Shown: positions 1-11,872 of the stretch, one piece after another
Layout of the letters: the number at the start of each line of letters is the position of its first letter
Numbering within the stretch: position 1 is the stretch's first letter
Assembly (NCBI GenBank): GCA_976226885.1
Contig: OZ320323.1
Location: forward strand, 1,550,001 to 1,614,000
Source: Iphione sp. A-MEVVRFRX5
Taxonomy: Eukaryota
DNA length: 64,000 nucleotides
Direction: 5' to 3'
Program-made: the position numbers and the translations under genes
The notes under the pieces: model-generated
Seen by the model: the letters and a program-made list of their open reading frames with translations, nothing else
What the model was told of the DNA's origin: nothing
Database searches by the model: none

Positions 1-323
1 TTAACGTCAAAATAACATTATTTTTAGGTTCCTAAGTTCAGCAAAATGCTTTTTGCCAAGTGGGAACCTACTTGTCCACTCTTGTATATCAATAATTGTC
101 TTTTTCACCCCAAGTATTGCATCCTACCACTGTCAGCAGGTAGACCTTACCCTGTACATTATATAATTCAACTGCATTTACAATGTTTAAAGGGTCACAT
201 GATGCACCAAGGCATTGGCAAAGTACTCTGCTTTGGTGTATCATGATGACAAATGAACATGAAGCCTTGAGACCTCATGCTGCCCTTAAAGGTATATACA
301 GGATTATATCAATGCTATCTTAC

Positions 324-452
324 AATATGAACAGAATACGACCTTGCCTCTGCGTACTGGAGAAGGAAGATCCCACAGTCGTATGAGTTGGACTGTTGTT
401 GGCACTTTGGGAGACTGCCCTTGAAGGTATCGCCCACTCTACCTGCAAATAC
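324..452 (-). pseudogene. SENP6/7-like catalytic exon, fourth copy, with the same 43-bp deletion; partner exon lies outside the window
   Basis: FKGSLPKCQQQSNSYDCGIFLLQYAEA on the minus strand. Confidence 0.8.
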
Positions 453-1806
453 CTGTTAGAGATGAAAAGACTTGTAAAATCAATTCATTTCCCATGAGGT
501 TGCTAGTACTAGTTATCATACTACTTACGTGACTAACACCATGAAAGAAACCATCAAACACTTGACTTACTTCCACAGTATTTGAAAAACCATTCCTCTT
601 CTCTTCTCATCTCTGTGTGAGTCGAATATGAGGATGTATGGTCTGAAAGGTAAAGTTGGTTTGTTTCACAAACTGGTTTTGACTCTTAATTACATTTGAA
701 GTGTTTCAACAAAGTCACATGACAGTATGGTCTAATACAAACTTGCTGTTTTATGCCTCTTTTCTTGGACTCCTTCTCAGTAGGGTCTTGGATGAGCACT
801 GGCTGCCCCTCCCCTGTTTGGCCTTCAAGTGTCTGGTTTCAGGTGTCCCTGAAAATGGGCTAGCCAGCAGTCCAATAAATATAAGTCGTGATGATCCAGA
901 AATGGTGCTGGCCAATTGACATCTTCCTTACTGTCCTGGTGCGAGCTGCACCATTCCCGATATATCTGCATGGCCCATTTACTGGCATGTTGTTTGTTTG
1001 GAGGAATTTGTTTCTGTATTTGCTCTTTGAGCTGCTGGCATAACAGGTTCATGTAGCTCCATTGTTCCCCCCACCTCAACGTACTGTCCCCACCCTTGAG
1101 GGTGTGGATGCTTTGCTGCCTCCCTCCCCAGGGGGGGTGCCTGACAACATAAAGGCCATCTCATCCCCAAACAAGTTGACTAGTACAGACTGGACCTCCA
1201 CTTCTTGGGAGAGTACCGAGGGCACTCCTCCACTCCTTTGCAAGATTGTCTTCATCACTCAAGGCATCAAGGGTTGGTGACAGGCTTGGTGTTGATAGCT
1301 GGGAAGCCTGCTTAGTCAGCTGCATGGTTGAAGCCATGCAAGTTGATGTTTGCTGGAGAGATCTCTCTCCTTCTTCCCCTTAGGGGTCTGCTTCCTCTTT
1401 GGTGGCACCCTCTTGCCTTTCTTGGGTGGTGAGCAAGCCATGGAGGTGCTAAGACGGGGCCCCCTCTCGTGTTCCACAGTGGAGCTGTCCTGAGGGTCAT
1501 CCCCCCTCTTGCCTGTTTTGGTGCTGGTCTCTCCTCTGCCCCTCCACTGCCCTCGAACTCGAGCTGCTGATGCAGACCCTGCAGGGGCCACTCCCTTTTG
1601 CTCCTCTTCCTTGCAGCTTGTTGAGGCTATCTTAACATCCCCTTCCTCTTCTTGTTCCCTCAGGGAGGGTCCTTGGGCCACACGCGGAGGATCTTTGACC
1701 CGCTGTCCTTATAGAACTCGTAGTAGGACTGTCTAACCTTCTTGAGGAGCTTCTTCAAGCCCCCCTCTGCCAGATGCAGCTTGGTATCCAGGTGCCTCTG
1801 AACATC

Positions 1807-2472
1807 TCAAGTCTTGGTTTGGTTTGTTATTGATGCCAATTCCAGTATGAATGCCTTCAGCTGCTGATGCTTGTTTTGGACCGGATTTTCTGGAAACCAG
1901 TTCTCTAGGGCATTCATCAGAATCCTGTAGTCCTGGATTGGATTCTGAAATGGGGAAAATGGAGTTATGATATGGGATGGCCAATACACTATTGAAACCC
2001 ACTTAGCTGAAAATGTCATTTTAACGTCAAAATAACATTATTTTTAGGTTCCTAAGTTCAGCAAAATGCTTTTTGCCAAGTGGGAACCTACTTGTCCACT
2101 CTTGTATATCAATAATTGTCTTTTTCACCCCAAGTATTGCATCCTACCACTGTCATCAGGCAGACCTTACCCTGTACATTATATAATTCCACTGCATTTA
2201 CAATGTTTAAAGGGTCACATGATGCACCAAGGCATTGGCAAAGTACTTTGCATTGGTGCATCAGGATGACAAATGAACATGAAGCCTTGAGACCTCATGC
2301 TGCCTTTAAAGGTATATATAGGATTATATCAATGCTATCTTACAATATGAACAGAATAGGACCTTGTCTCTGCGTACTGGAGAAGGAAGATCCCACAGTC
2401 GTATGAGTTGGACTGTTGTTGGCACTTTGGGAGACTGCCCTTGAAGGTATCGCCCACTCTACCTGCAAATAC
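1807..2472 (-). pseudogene. SENP6/7-like exon pair, third copy (2472-2344, 1944-1807), frameshifted
   Basis: 43-bp deletion between GAT microhomologies in the catalytic exon (GGGCGAT/ACCTTC) shifts the frame ahead of QQSNSYDCG. Confidence 0.82.
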
Positions 2473-3835
2473 CTGTTAGAGATGAAAAGACTTGTAAAAT
2501 CAATTCATTTCCCATGAGGTTGCTAGTACTAGTTATCATACTACTTACGTGACTAACACCATGAAAGAAACCATCAAATACTTGACTTACTTCCACAGTA
2601 TTTGAAAAACCATTCCTCTTCTCTTCTCATCTCTGTGTGAGTCGAATATGAGGATGTATGGTCTGAAAGGTAAAGTTGGTTTGTTTCACAAACTGGTTTT
2701 GACTCTTAATTACATTTGAAGTGTTTCAACAAAGTCACATGACAGTATGGTCTAATACAAACTTGCTGTTTTATGCCTCTTTTCTTGGACTCCTTCTCAG
2801 TAGGGTCTTGGATGAGCACTGGCTGCCCCTCCCCTGTTTGGCCTTCAAGTGTCTGGTTTCAGGTGTCCCTGAAAATGGGCTAGCCAGCAGTCCAATAAAT
2901 ATAAGTCGTGATGATCCAGAAATGGTGCTGGCCAATTGACATCTTCCTTACTGTCCTGGTGCGAGCTGCACCATTCCCGATATATCTGCATGGCCCATTT
3001 ACTGGCATGTTGTTTGTTTGGAGGAATTTGTTTCTGTATTCGCTCTTTGAGCTGCTGGCATGACAGGTTCATGTAGCTCCATTGTTCCCCCCATCTCAAC
3101 GTACTGTCCCCACCCTTGAGGGTGTGGATGCTTTGCTGCCTCCCTCCCCGGGGGGGGGGGGGGGGGTGCCTGACAACATAAAGGCCATCTCATCCCCAAA
3201 CAAGTTGACTAGTACAGACTGGACCTCCACTTCTTGGGAGAGTACCGAGGGCACTCCTCCACTCCTTTGCAAGATTGTCTTCATCACTCAAGGCATCAAG
3301 GGTTGGTGACAGGCTTGGTGTTGATAGCTGGGAAGCCTGCTTAGTCAGCTGCATGGTTGAAGCCATGCAAGTTGATGTTTGCTGGAGAGATCTCTCTCCT
3401 TCTTCCCCTTAGGGGTCTGCTTCCTCTTTGGTGGCACCCTCTTGCCTTTCTTGGGTGGTGAGCAAGCCATGGAGGTGCTAAGACGGGGCCCCCTCTCGTG
3501 TTCCACAGTGGAGCTGTCCTGAGGGTCATCCCCCCTCTTGCCTGTTTTGGTGCTGGTCTCTCCTCTGCCCTTCCACTGCCCTCGAACTCAAGCTGCTGAT
3601 GCAGACCCTGCAGGGGCCACTCCCTTTTGCTCCTCTTCCTTGCAGCTTGTTGAGGCTATCTTAACATCCCCTTCCTCTTCTTGTTCCCTCAGGGAGGGTC
3701 CTTGGGCCACACGCGGAGGATCTTTGACCCGCTGTCCTTATAGAACTCGTAGTAGGACTGTCTAACCTTCTTGAGGAGCTTCTTCAAGCCCCCCTCTGCC
3801 AGATGCAGCTTAGTATCCAGGTGCCTCTGAACATC

Positions 3836-4532
3836 TCAAGTCTTGGTTTGGTTTGTTATTGATGCCAATTCCAGTATGAATGCCTTCAGCTGCTGATGCT
3901 TGTTTTGGACCGGCTTTTCTGGAAACCAGTTCTCTAGGGCATTCATCAGAATCCTGTAGTCCTGGATTGGATTCTGAAATGGGGAAAATGGATGGCCAAT
4001 ACACTATTGAAACCCACTTAGCTGAAAATGTCATTTTAACGTCAAAATAACATTATTTTTAGGTTCCTAAGTTCAGCAAAATGCTTTTTGCCAAGTGGGA
4101 ACCTACTTGTCCACTCTTGTATATCAATAATTGTCTTTTTCACCCCAAGTATTGCATCCTACCACTGTCAGCAGGCAGACCTGTACATTATATAATTCAA
4201 CTGCATTTACGATGTTTAAAGGGTCACATGATGCACCAAGGCATTGGCAAAGTACTCTGCATTGGTGCATCAGGATGACAAATGAACATGAAGCCTTGAG
4301 ACCTCATGCTGCCCTTAGCATTGATATAATCTATATAGGATTATATCAATGCTATCTTACAATATGAACAGAATAGGACCTTGTCTCTACGTACTGGAGA
4401 AGGAAGATCCCACAGTCGTATGAGTTGGGCTGTTGTTGGCACTTTGGGAGACTGCCCTTGAAGGTATCAGAGTTGAACACCCTAGCACCACACTTTTCTT
4501 TCCATTTGATTGCCCACTCTACCTGCAAATAC
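3836..4532 (-). pseudogene. SENP6/7-like exon pair, second copy (4532-4361, 3973-3836), open frame
   Basis: Same exons and splice sites, offset by 2164 bp from the 6000-6696 copy. Confidence 0.85.
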
Positions 4533-4859
4533 CTGTTAGAGATGAAGAGACTTGTAAAATCAATTCATTTCCCATGAGGTTGCTAGTACTAGTTATCATA
4601 CTACTTACGTGACTAACACCATGAAAGAAACCATCAAATACTTGACTTACTTCCACAGTATTTGAAAAACCATTCCTCTTCTCTTCTCATCTCTGTGTGA
4701 GTCGAATATGAGGATGTATGGTCTGAAAGGTAAAGTTGGTTTGTTTCACAAACTGGTTTTGACTCTTAATTACATTTGAAGTGTTTCAACAAAGTCACAT
4801 GACAGTATGGTCTAATACAAACTTGCTGTTTTATGCCTCTTTTCTTGGACTCCTTCTCA

Positions 4860-5110
4860 GTAGGGTCTTGGATGAGCACTGGCTGCCCCTCCCCTGTTTG
4901 GCCTTCGAGTGTCTGGTTTCAGGTGTCCCTGAAAATGGGCTAGCCAGCAGTCCAATAAATATAAGTCGTGATGATCCAGAAATGGTGCTGGCCAATTGAC
5001 ATCTTCCTTACTGTCCTGGTGCGAGCTGCACCATTCCCGATATATCTGCATGGCTCATTTACTGGCATGTTGTTTGTTTGGAGGAATTTGTTTCTGTATT
5101 CGCTCTTTGA
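4860..5110 (-). pseudogene. Crypton/KCTD1/ZMYM-type (tyrosine recombinase-derived) N-terminal domain fragment in each array unit (also ~840-1030 and ~2860-3050)
   Basis: QKQIPPNKQHASKWAMQIYREWC...LLDCWLAHF...DTRRPN resembles the IPxNTxxxTxWAxxxFxxW...LDxWLxxF..ETRRxDG pattern. No catalytic recombinase core follows. Confidence 0.45.
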
Positions 5111-5999
5111 GCTGCTGGCATGACAGGTTCATGTAGCTCCATTATTCCCCCCACCTCAAAGTACTGGATCTCCTTTGCCCGAGGTGGCTCTGGCTTTGAT
5201 GCAGGCTGAGGTGGGCTGTTCTCCTCCTTGCTGGAGGCTGGCAGGGCCTCCGCTATTGTCTCCTGCTCTGTCCCCACCCTTGAGGGTGTGGATGCTTTGC
5301 TGCCTCCCTCCCCGGGGGGGGGGGGGGTGCCTGACAACATAAAGGCCATCTCATCCCCAAACAAGTTGACTAGTACAGACTGGACCTCCACTTCTTGGGA
5401 GAGTACCGAGGGCACTCCTCCACTCCTTTGCAAGATTGTCTTCATCACTCAAGGCATCAAGGGTTGGTGACAGGCTTGGTGTTGATAGCTGGGAAGCCTG
5501 CTTAGTCAGCTGCATGGTTGAAGCCATGCAAGTTGATGTTTGCTGGAGAGATCTCTCTCCTTCTTCCCCTTAGGGGTCTGCTTCCTCTTTGGTGGCACCC
5601 TCTTGCCTTTCTTGGGTGGTGAGCAAGCCATGGAGGTGCTAAGACGGGGCCCCCTCTCGTGTTCCACAGTGGAGCTGTCCTGAGGGTCATCCCCCCTCTT
5701 GCCTGTTTTGGTGCTGGTCTCTCCTCTGCCCTTCCACTGCCCTCGAACTCAAGCTGCTGATGCAGACCCTGCAGGGGCCACTCCCTTTTGCTCCTCTTCC
5801 TTGCAGCTTGTTGAGGCTCTCATCTTAACATCCCCTTCCTCTTCTTGTTCCCTCAGGGAGGGTCCTTGGGCCACACGCGGAGGATCTTTGACCCGCTGTC
5901 CTTATAGAACTCGTAGTAGGACTGTCTAACCTTCTTGAGGAGCTTCTTCAAGCCCCCCTCTGCCAGATGCAGCTTAGTATCCAGGTGCCTCTGAACATC

Positions 6000-6696
6000 T
6001 CAAGTCTTGGTTTGGTTTGTTATTGATGCCAATTCCAGTATGAATGCCTTCAGCTGCTGATGCTTGTTTTGGACCGGCTTTTCTGGAAACCAGTTCTCTA
6101 GGGCATTCATCAGAATCCTGTAGTCCTGGATTGGATTCTGAAATGGGGAAAATGGATGGCCAATACACTATTGAAACCCACTTAGCTGAAAATGTCATTT
6201 TAACGTCAAAATAACATTATTTTTAGGTTCCTAAGTTCAGCAAAATGCTTTTTGCCAAGTGGGAACCTACTTGTCCACTCTTGTATATCAATAATTGTCT
6301 TTTTCACCCCAAGTATTGCATCCTACCACTGTCAGCAGGCAGACCTGTACATTATATAATTCAACTGCATTTACAATGTTTAAAGGGTCACATGATGCAC
6401 CAAGGCATTGGCAAAGTACTCTGCATTGGTGCATCAGGATGACAAATGAACATGAAGCCTTGAGACCTCATGCTGCCCTTAGCATTGATATAATCTATAT
6501 AGGATTATATCAATGCTATCTTACAATATGAACAGAATAGGACCTTGTCTCTACGTACTGGAGAAGGAAGATCCCACAGTCGTATGAGTTGGGCTGTTGT
6601 TGGCACTTTGGGAGACTGCCCTTGAAGGTATCAGAGTTGAATACCCTAGCACCACACTTTTCTTTCCATTTGATCGCCCACTCTACTTGCAAATAC
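6000..6696 (-). pseudogene. SENP6/7-like (Ulp1, peptidase C48) SUMO protease, last two exons (6696-6525, 6137-6000), open frame
   Basis: ctaacag|G TAT TTG gives YLQVEWAIKWKEKCGARVFNSDTFKGSLPKCQQQPNSYDCGIFLLQYVET, with the Ulp1 Q-x-N-x-x-DCG catalytic Cys motif. A GTAAGA donor joins in phase 0 to tttcag|NPIQDYRILMNALENWFPEKPVQNKHQQLKAFILELAS...stop, resembling the SENP6/7 C-terminus (EYLEVEW...PQQNNFSDCG..LQYVESFFENPI...NWF). No upstream exons seen. Confidence 0.85.
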
Positions 6697-7139
6697 CTGT
6701 TAGAGATGAAGAGACTTGTAAAATCAATTCATTTCCCATGAGGTTGATGTGGATCTGTAATAGCTGTTGCTTTTTTTTGCTGACAAAGTACAATCCAGAC
6801 TTATCGAGGCAAGCGGGGCAAATATTTGTCATTAACTTAGCTAGTGCTAATTATCATACTACTTATGTGACTAACACAATTAAAGAAACCATCAAATACT
6901 TAACTTAATTCCAAAATATTTGAAAAACCATTCCTCTTCTCTTCTCATCTCTGTGTGAGGCAAATATGAGGATGTATGGTCTGAAAGGTAAAGTTGGTTT
7001 GTACATTTGAAGTGTTTCAACAAAGTCACATGAGAGCATGGTCTAATACAAACTTACTGTTTCATGCCTCTTTCCTTGGACTCCTTCTTGAAATGGAGTT
7101 AACCTGTCATGCCAGCAGCTCAAACAGCGAATACAGAAA

Positions 7140-7560
7140 CACATTGTAGCAATTTACCTCATCAAATCAGTAGTTGACCCTAGAAATCAACCGATTAAGC
7201 ACATCCTGGTTACATCCACTATCATTTATCACAGCCGCCCCCCATTCAACCGCATGTTGTATTTAAACATATTAACTGTGTAAATAGTAGTTGAATAGTA
7301 GTGTGGTATGTGTTGCAGTTTTTGTTATGGTCTGAAGTTACATTCATCCAGTACATTGAAAAAGTCATTAAAAAATTCATCCTCGCCTTCCCTTCTTAGT
7401 GTTACAACCTGTCTTTTTGTCAAGTTACAGATACCCCCAGATCCACCTGATCTGCTATTGCAGTATGTTCAGTTGTGCTCACAAGCCTTTGTAAGTCATA
7501 CCCAGGGAATATGTTTACTAATATGTTTATTCCCTCTTGGAGATGTCTCCCATGCAGGAC
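7140..7560 (-). pseudogene. SGNH hydrolase module remnant (LINE-associated)
   Basis: QEGINILVNIFPGYDLQRLVSTTEHTAIADQVD matches the 12.0-12.7 and 32.1-32.8 kb copies; DNA is similar to 12030-12440. Confidence 0.7.
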
Positions 7561-7765
7561 TGTCCTTTTGGGCTCACTGGAAGTACACTCTCCATACTGG
7601 ATGACTAAAAAATACACCAAAATTCACATTCTTGTTTAGTTGAAACTTCTCACATTCTTGTTTAGTTGAAATTTCTCTAAAGGTGTACATTCTATGATAT
7701 ATGGTCTCCTTTGGGATCATCAATTGCATTTATTCCAGTTATTTGGTCCAACTCAGGGTCACTAT

Positions 7766-10204
7766 CCCCTTGCTGACTGCCAAAATGAAGGTTTTGGAAT
7801 TAGTAATTGTTGCTTTATATATCATCTTTAGCTGCAGGGTGAAATACAGGAGATACTTTGTAATGTTGTATTTCAAACATTCCATACCCTCCTTTCATAA
7901 TATCCCATATTAGCTCTCTTTTTCACAAGAAACTTCATATATTCAGGTGAACTAAAAGCAGTCTAGTTTGATACATTTATTTTATTTTATTCCTTCTTCA
8001 ACCAGTTTCCCTTTCCTTATGTTCCAGTTAATACTATCCTACAGTATATTGCATATCATATATATCTGGAACAATACATGAGTAATGGTGATAGATATTA
8101 ATTATGACAATAAATTTTATTGTGCCTTAGTGGTACATTTCTACCCATAAAATCATATTATTCATTGGATAAACATTTTTGGGTATGGCGCCTGAGCTAC
8201 TCTGGATGTCTTCAAGCTCGTTCTTATAAATGGATTTTTTTATCAGTCTAAAAATTGCCAAAAAATAATTTGTGAAAAAAACTCTTTTTAAAACAGAACA
8301 GGTCAGGACCAGAAAACAAAAGACGAGGGAATGATAGTTTTAGTTCAACAATTTCAAACAGCATAAGCTAAAACAGTATGTATACGTTACCCTGTAACTG
8401 GTAGGATGTAGGTGGGTTGATACTGTCGCCATGTTAGACGGTCATGGAAATCTTCCATATCGCGATGTGCAAGAGAGATGTCTACCTCACCTGGTGTAGG
8501 ACAGAAATTCAGGCCTTTGTCCAGGAGACTCATTTCCGTCAATGAAAGGTCTGATAAATTACAGTAGTTTTGCATTCTACCTCAGTACTTTCTTTAAGTC
8601 TATCACCAAATGAATGAGGTCCTCATCTGAATGGGGGCTATGATTATTATTGACATTGTTAATAGCATGATGAGTGGAGGTCGCAGTCTTGACAAGGTGA
8701 GTATCCATAATACTATCCAGGATGACACATGCAAGACCTTGTTCAAACAGCTCACACTTCGGGGTCACATTCACACAAGAGTGAAGAATTTATTCTCTAA
8801 AGCCAGGAATTTAGACAGAAAAGACCTACTCACAGCAACTCCAATAACGGAGAAGGAAATAATCCCCTTTGTGATTGAATTCAATCTGTACCATCATAGG
8901 ACACACAAAATCATCAATGATGCATTATCGTTAATCCCAGAATCACCCACAAACAAAAAATTCAGAAAGTACAAATGGATGGTCACACACCGAAGAACGG
9001 CGAATCTGATAGACCTGCTAACCTCATCATCCCATCCCTGCCAACCACGAAAATGCAGGAGCAATTGTTGCATGAGGGTACCATGCAACCATTGCGAACA
9101 AGTAGTATGCACCAACTCCATTACCTCAACATCCAGTCATGAAACACATCACATCAAATCACAAAAAATAGAAATAAAGCCTACTCATTAAACAATTTCT
9201 GACATTGGGTTCTGATTGATTAATACTTTGAGAAGATTTCATCTATGCCTGGTTGTTGTGAATGGTCTGTATGAGGGCCCATTCCTGAGCTGAGAGGCCC
9301 TCTGGCTGCTGTGTTTAGGTCTCCCAGCTCTGGATGGACTGATACTGCGGCCATGGGCGTTTGATCTCCTGGTGCCACGGGGAGTTTGAAGCAGCAGGTT
9401 GTGCGCTGCATTCATGACAGGTTGTGTAGGCTCTGTTTGTTCTTCCTCTGTCTCATCTTGTTCAGATCTTGGTGAGATTTTAGCGACCTTGTACAAATTT
9501 AGCCACTGCTGGTCGCTCAGTTGGTGCTTTTTGAGGAAGTCTTTTCTTTCCCTCAGGTCTCTTCACCAGAGTGGCCTTGCTGTCGCTAATCAGGGATGAC
9601 ATTGTCTCAAAAGCATCTCTCAGGAGGGTAGGTTTATCAGCCGTTAGTTTGCCAGTGTCTCCAAAACTGTGGTGCTGTCAGTGTTTGTGGTGCCAGCCTT
9701 CTTCAGTAGGTAATCCGTTAGGATGCAGATGTTTCTCTTGGCTGAGGATTTACATTCCTCAACTAAGTTGTGGATGACCTCTTCACACTCATGGGCATAA
9801 GTCGGTACAGGGGCCAGGCCATAAGCCTCGTTGATGAGGTGGCAGAGCCAGTCAGCCCTAACATTGGCCTTCATAGAGGCCAATAGATTTTTTTACTTTC
9901 CTTCCACAGAGTGTGGGCAAATCGGGTTAGTTTGTCCGGTTAACATGTGTGACAAAAATACAATGAGTCTCTGGAAAGTGTTCTTATCTGTCACTTATGA
10001 TGTTGTGATGCTGTGCCACACCTCAGCCCTCAATCTTCTTCTGGTACATTCTCCCCAAGTCCTTGCCATCAGCCTCTCTGTTTGATATTTCTTAGGACTT
10101 GTATATTTTTCATGGACCTAGGATTAATGTTACATTCTGAAGTGCCTATAGGCTTACCTGCTAAAATTCGTGAATAAACATATGGCCAGTCAGCAAGGGG
10201 TTAA
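7766..10204. mobile_element. piggyBac-like non-autonomous element (MITE) hosting a Penelope-like insertion
   Basis: 14-bp perfect inverted repeats CCCCTTGCTGACTG (7766-7779) and CAGTCAGCAAGGGG (10187-10200) followed by TTAA. The left flank is CTAT, not TTAA. Confidence 0.5.
8387..10080 (-). mobile_element. Penelope-like element remnant: N-terminal region on minus strand, with an inverted C-terminal piece (8696-9160) on plus
   Basis: Minus: NLSDLSLTEMSLLDKGLNFCPTP is the typical Penelope ORF start of the conserved region. Plus: IPFVIEFN...HRRTANLIDLLTSS...C..C..C..C is the RT-to-GIY-YIG linker. 9644-9883 resembles 43068-43463. Confidence 0.7.
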
Positions 10205-10393
10205 GGTACGTTGTGTAGTTAAAGAGATGTTCTAAGTGAGGTGAAATTGTTTATAAAATTCTACACACCTTGGTCCTCAATTTTCTCTCAAGTGTTCTTC
10301 CCAGATTCCCAGCCATCTCTCTCAGATGCACGGGATTTCTAGCAGATGTCTCCCATATAGGACTGTCCTTCTAGGCTTACTGGAAATACACTC

Positions 10394-10779
10394 ATCTTTA
10401 GCTGCAGAGTGAAATATAGGAGATACTTTGTAATGTTCTATTTCAAACATTTCATACCCTCCTTTCATAATACTCCATATTAGCTTCCTTTTTCGCAAGA
10501 AACTTCATATATTCAGGTGACCTAAAAGCAGTCTAGTTTGAGACATTTATTTTGTTTTTTTCCTTCTTCATACTGGTTTCCCTTTCCTTATTGTGCAGTT
10601 CATACTATCCTACAGTATATTGCATATAATATATATCTGGAACAATGCACATGACGAGTAATGGTGATAGAATATTAATTATGACAAATTTTATTGTGCC
10701 TTGGTGGTAAATTTCTACCCATAAAATCATATGATATTATTCATTGGGTAGACATTTTTGGGTAAGACGCCTGAGCTAC
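10394..10779. repeat. Diverged direct copy of 7824-8199 (AT-rich, non-coding)
   Basis: atctttagctgcag(g/a)gtgaaata...cgcctgagctac is shared by both places. Confidence 0.85.
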
Positions 10780-10889
10780 CCTAGACTCTGGAAAAGGTTC
10801 TCATCTATTAATTACCCTCACAATGCCCTGATCTTTCTATTTCTCTGTACTTCCACCCTCCTCCTCATTTTTAGATCTTCCTTCCATAC

Positions 10890-11500
10890 TTATGATAAAA
10901 AGTAAAAGAATGTCTTAAATATTTCCACCAATATTCTCATGTCTTTTTGGGTCAGGTGACATCCATCATCTAGATCATACATTCGTATTGACATCTGCCC
11001 TGATGATCTGTGATGAGTAAGGTGTCTTCCATTCAAAGAATTTATCTCGTGTATTTTTTTATTGACTCTTGTTATGATGTGATCTAGTCTGTGCTGATTC
11101 TGGCCACTGCCATTTATTGCAGCACCTTGGTTTAGGCTCATATTATTTGAACATGTTCACAAAGTAGATGGTACAGAAATAATGAGTTTTTGTTGCAGGC
11201 AAACATTGCAGTCATTCAGGGTGTTCATGAACTCCTCCATCAAGTCCTCCTCTCTTTCTTTACATAAGGTAACGTGTGCAATAGTCTCCCTTGGCATGAG
11301 GTGTTATTTATCTTATTTTTTTACTGGCATACACAAGGGTAGAAATAACCTTTTGGGTTTTTTCTCATGGAACATCACCGACCCACTCGCAAGAATACTC
11401 ACTTCAACCAGGAGTAAATCAGTAGTTATATATAGGGCCCAGACAGAGTGTGCTGAAATATAGTAAGCACCAAGTAGTATGGATCTCCTGGACTAAGTAT
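10890..11500 (-). pseudogene. SGNH hydrolase module, degenerate
   Basis: ...FKYNMSLNQGAAING...HLTHHRSSGQMSIRMYDLDDGCHLT, containing the block V D-G-C-H motif. Confidence 0.75.
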
Positions 11501-11591
11501 CTCATGGCCTTGAGTAAACATTGCTGTGTGCGTTTAGGCAGAACCAGTTCAGCTAGCCATCTGTGAAGTGATCACATCTTTGGGACTAAAA

Positions 11592-11697
11592 TCAAGTCTT
11601 GGTTGGGTTTCTTGCTGATGGATTGGCCAATTTCAATATCAGTGCTTTGAGCTGCTTTGACCCGTTCATTGGAATGCTGTAGTCCTGGATTGGAGTT
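11592..11697 (-). pseudogene. Diverged copy of the SENP6/7-like terminal exon
   Basis: TPIQDYSIPMNGSKQLKALILKLANPSARNPTKT* aligns by eye with the array exon and ends in the same TKT-stop. Confidence 0.65.
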
Positions 11698-11872
11698 CCA
11701 GGAAAAATATCTGTACTCAAATGATGGCACATTGCCCCTACCTTTCTATCATCACATGGATCAAACAAACCTAATAGTAATCCTTATTATACATTGATTT
11801 TCCTCTCATACCCTCTTGAATTGAATGATTCAGTTTAATCTAAGTAGTACTATTGTCACTTGTCTAAAGTTC

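Larger units (their letters stand above)
1..7090. repeat. Tandem array, ~2.0-2.2 kb unit (units start at 1, 2021, 4036, 6200; last one partial; array continues off the left edge)
   Basis: ttaacgtcaaaataacattatttttagg recurs at 1, 2021, 4036 and 6200; identical ORF-track peptides recur at the same offsets. Units differ by small indels and G-run length. Confidence 0.97.

Noticed and set aside
46-6908. Plus-strand ORFs of the array (MLFAKWEPT..., MFQQSHMT..., MPVLVLVS...)
   Set aside because: They recur only because the DNA is repeated; they are antisense to the real exons or introns and show no domain features.
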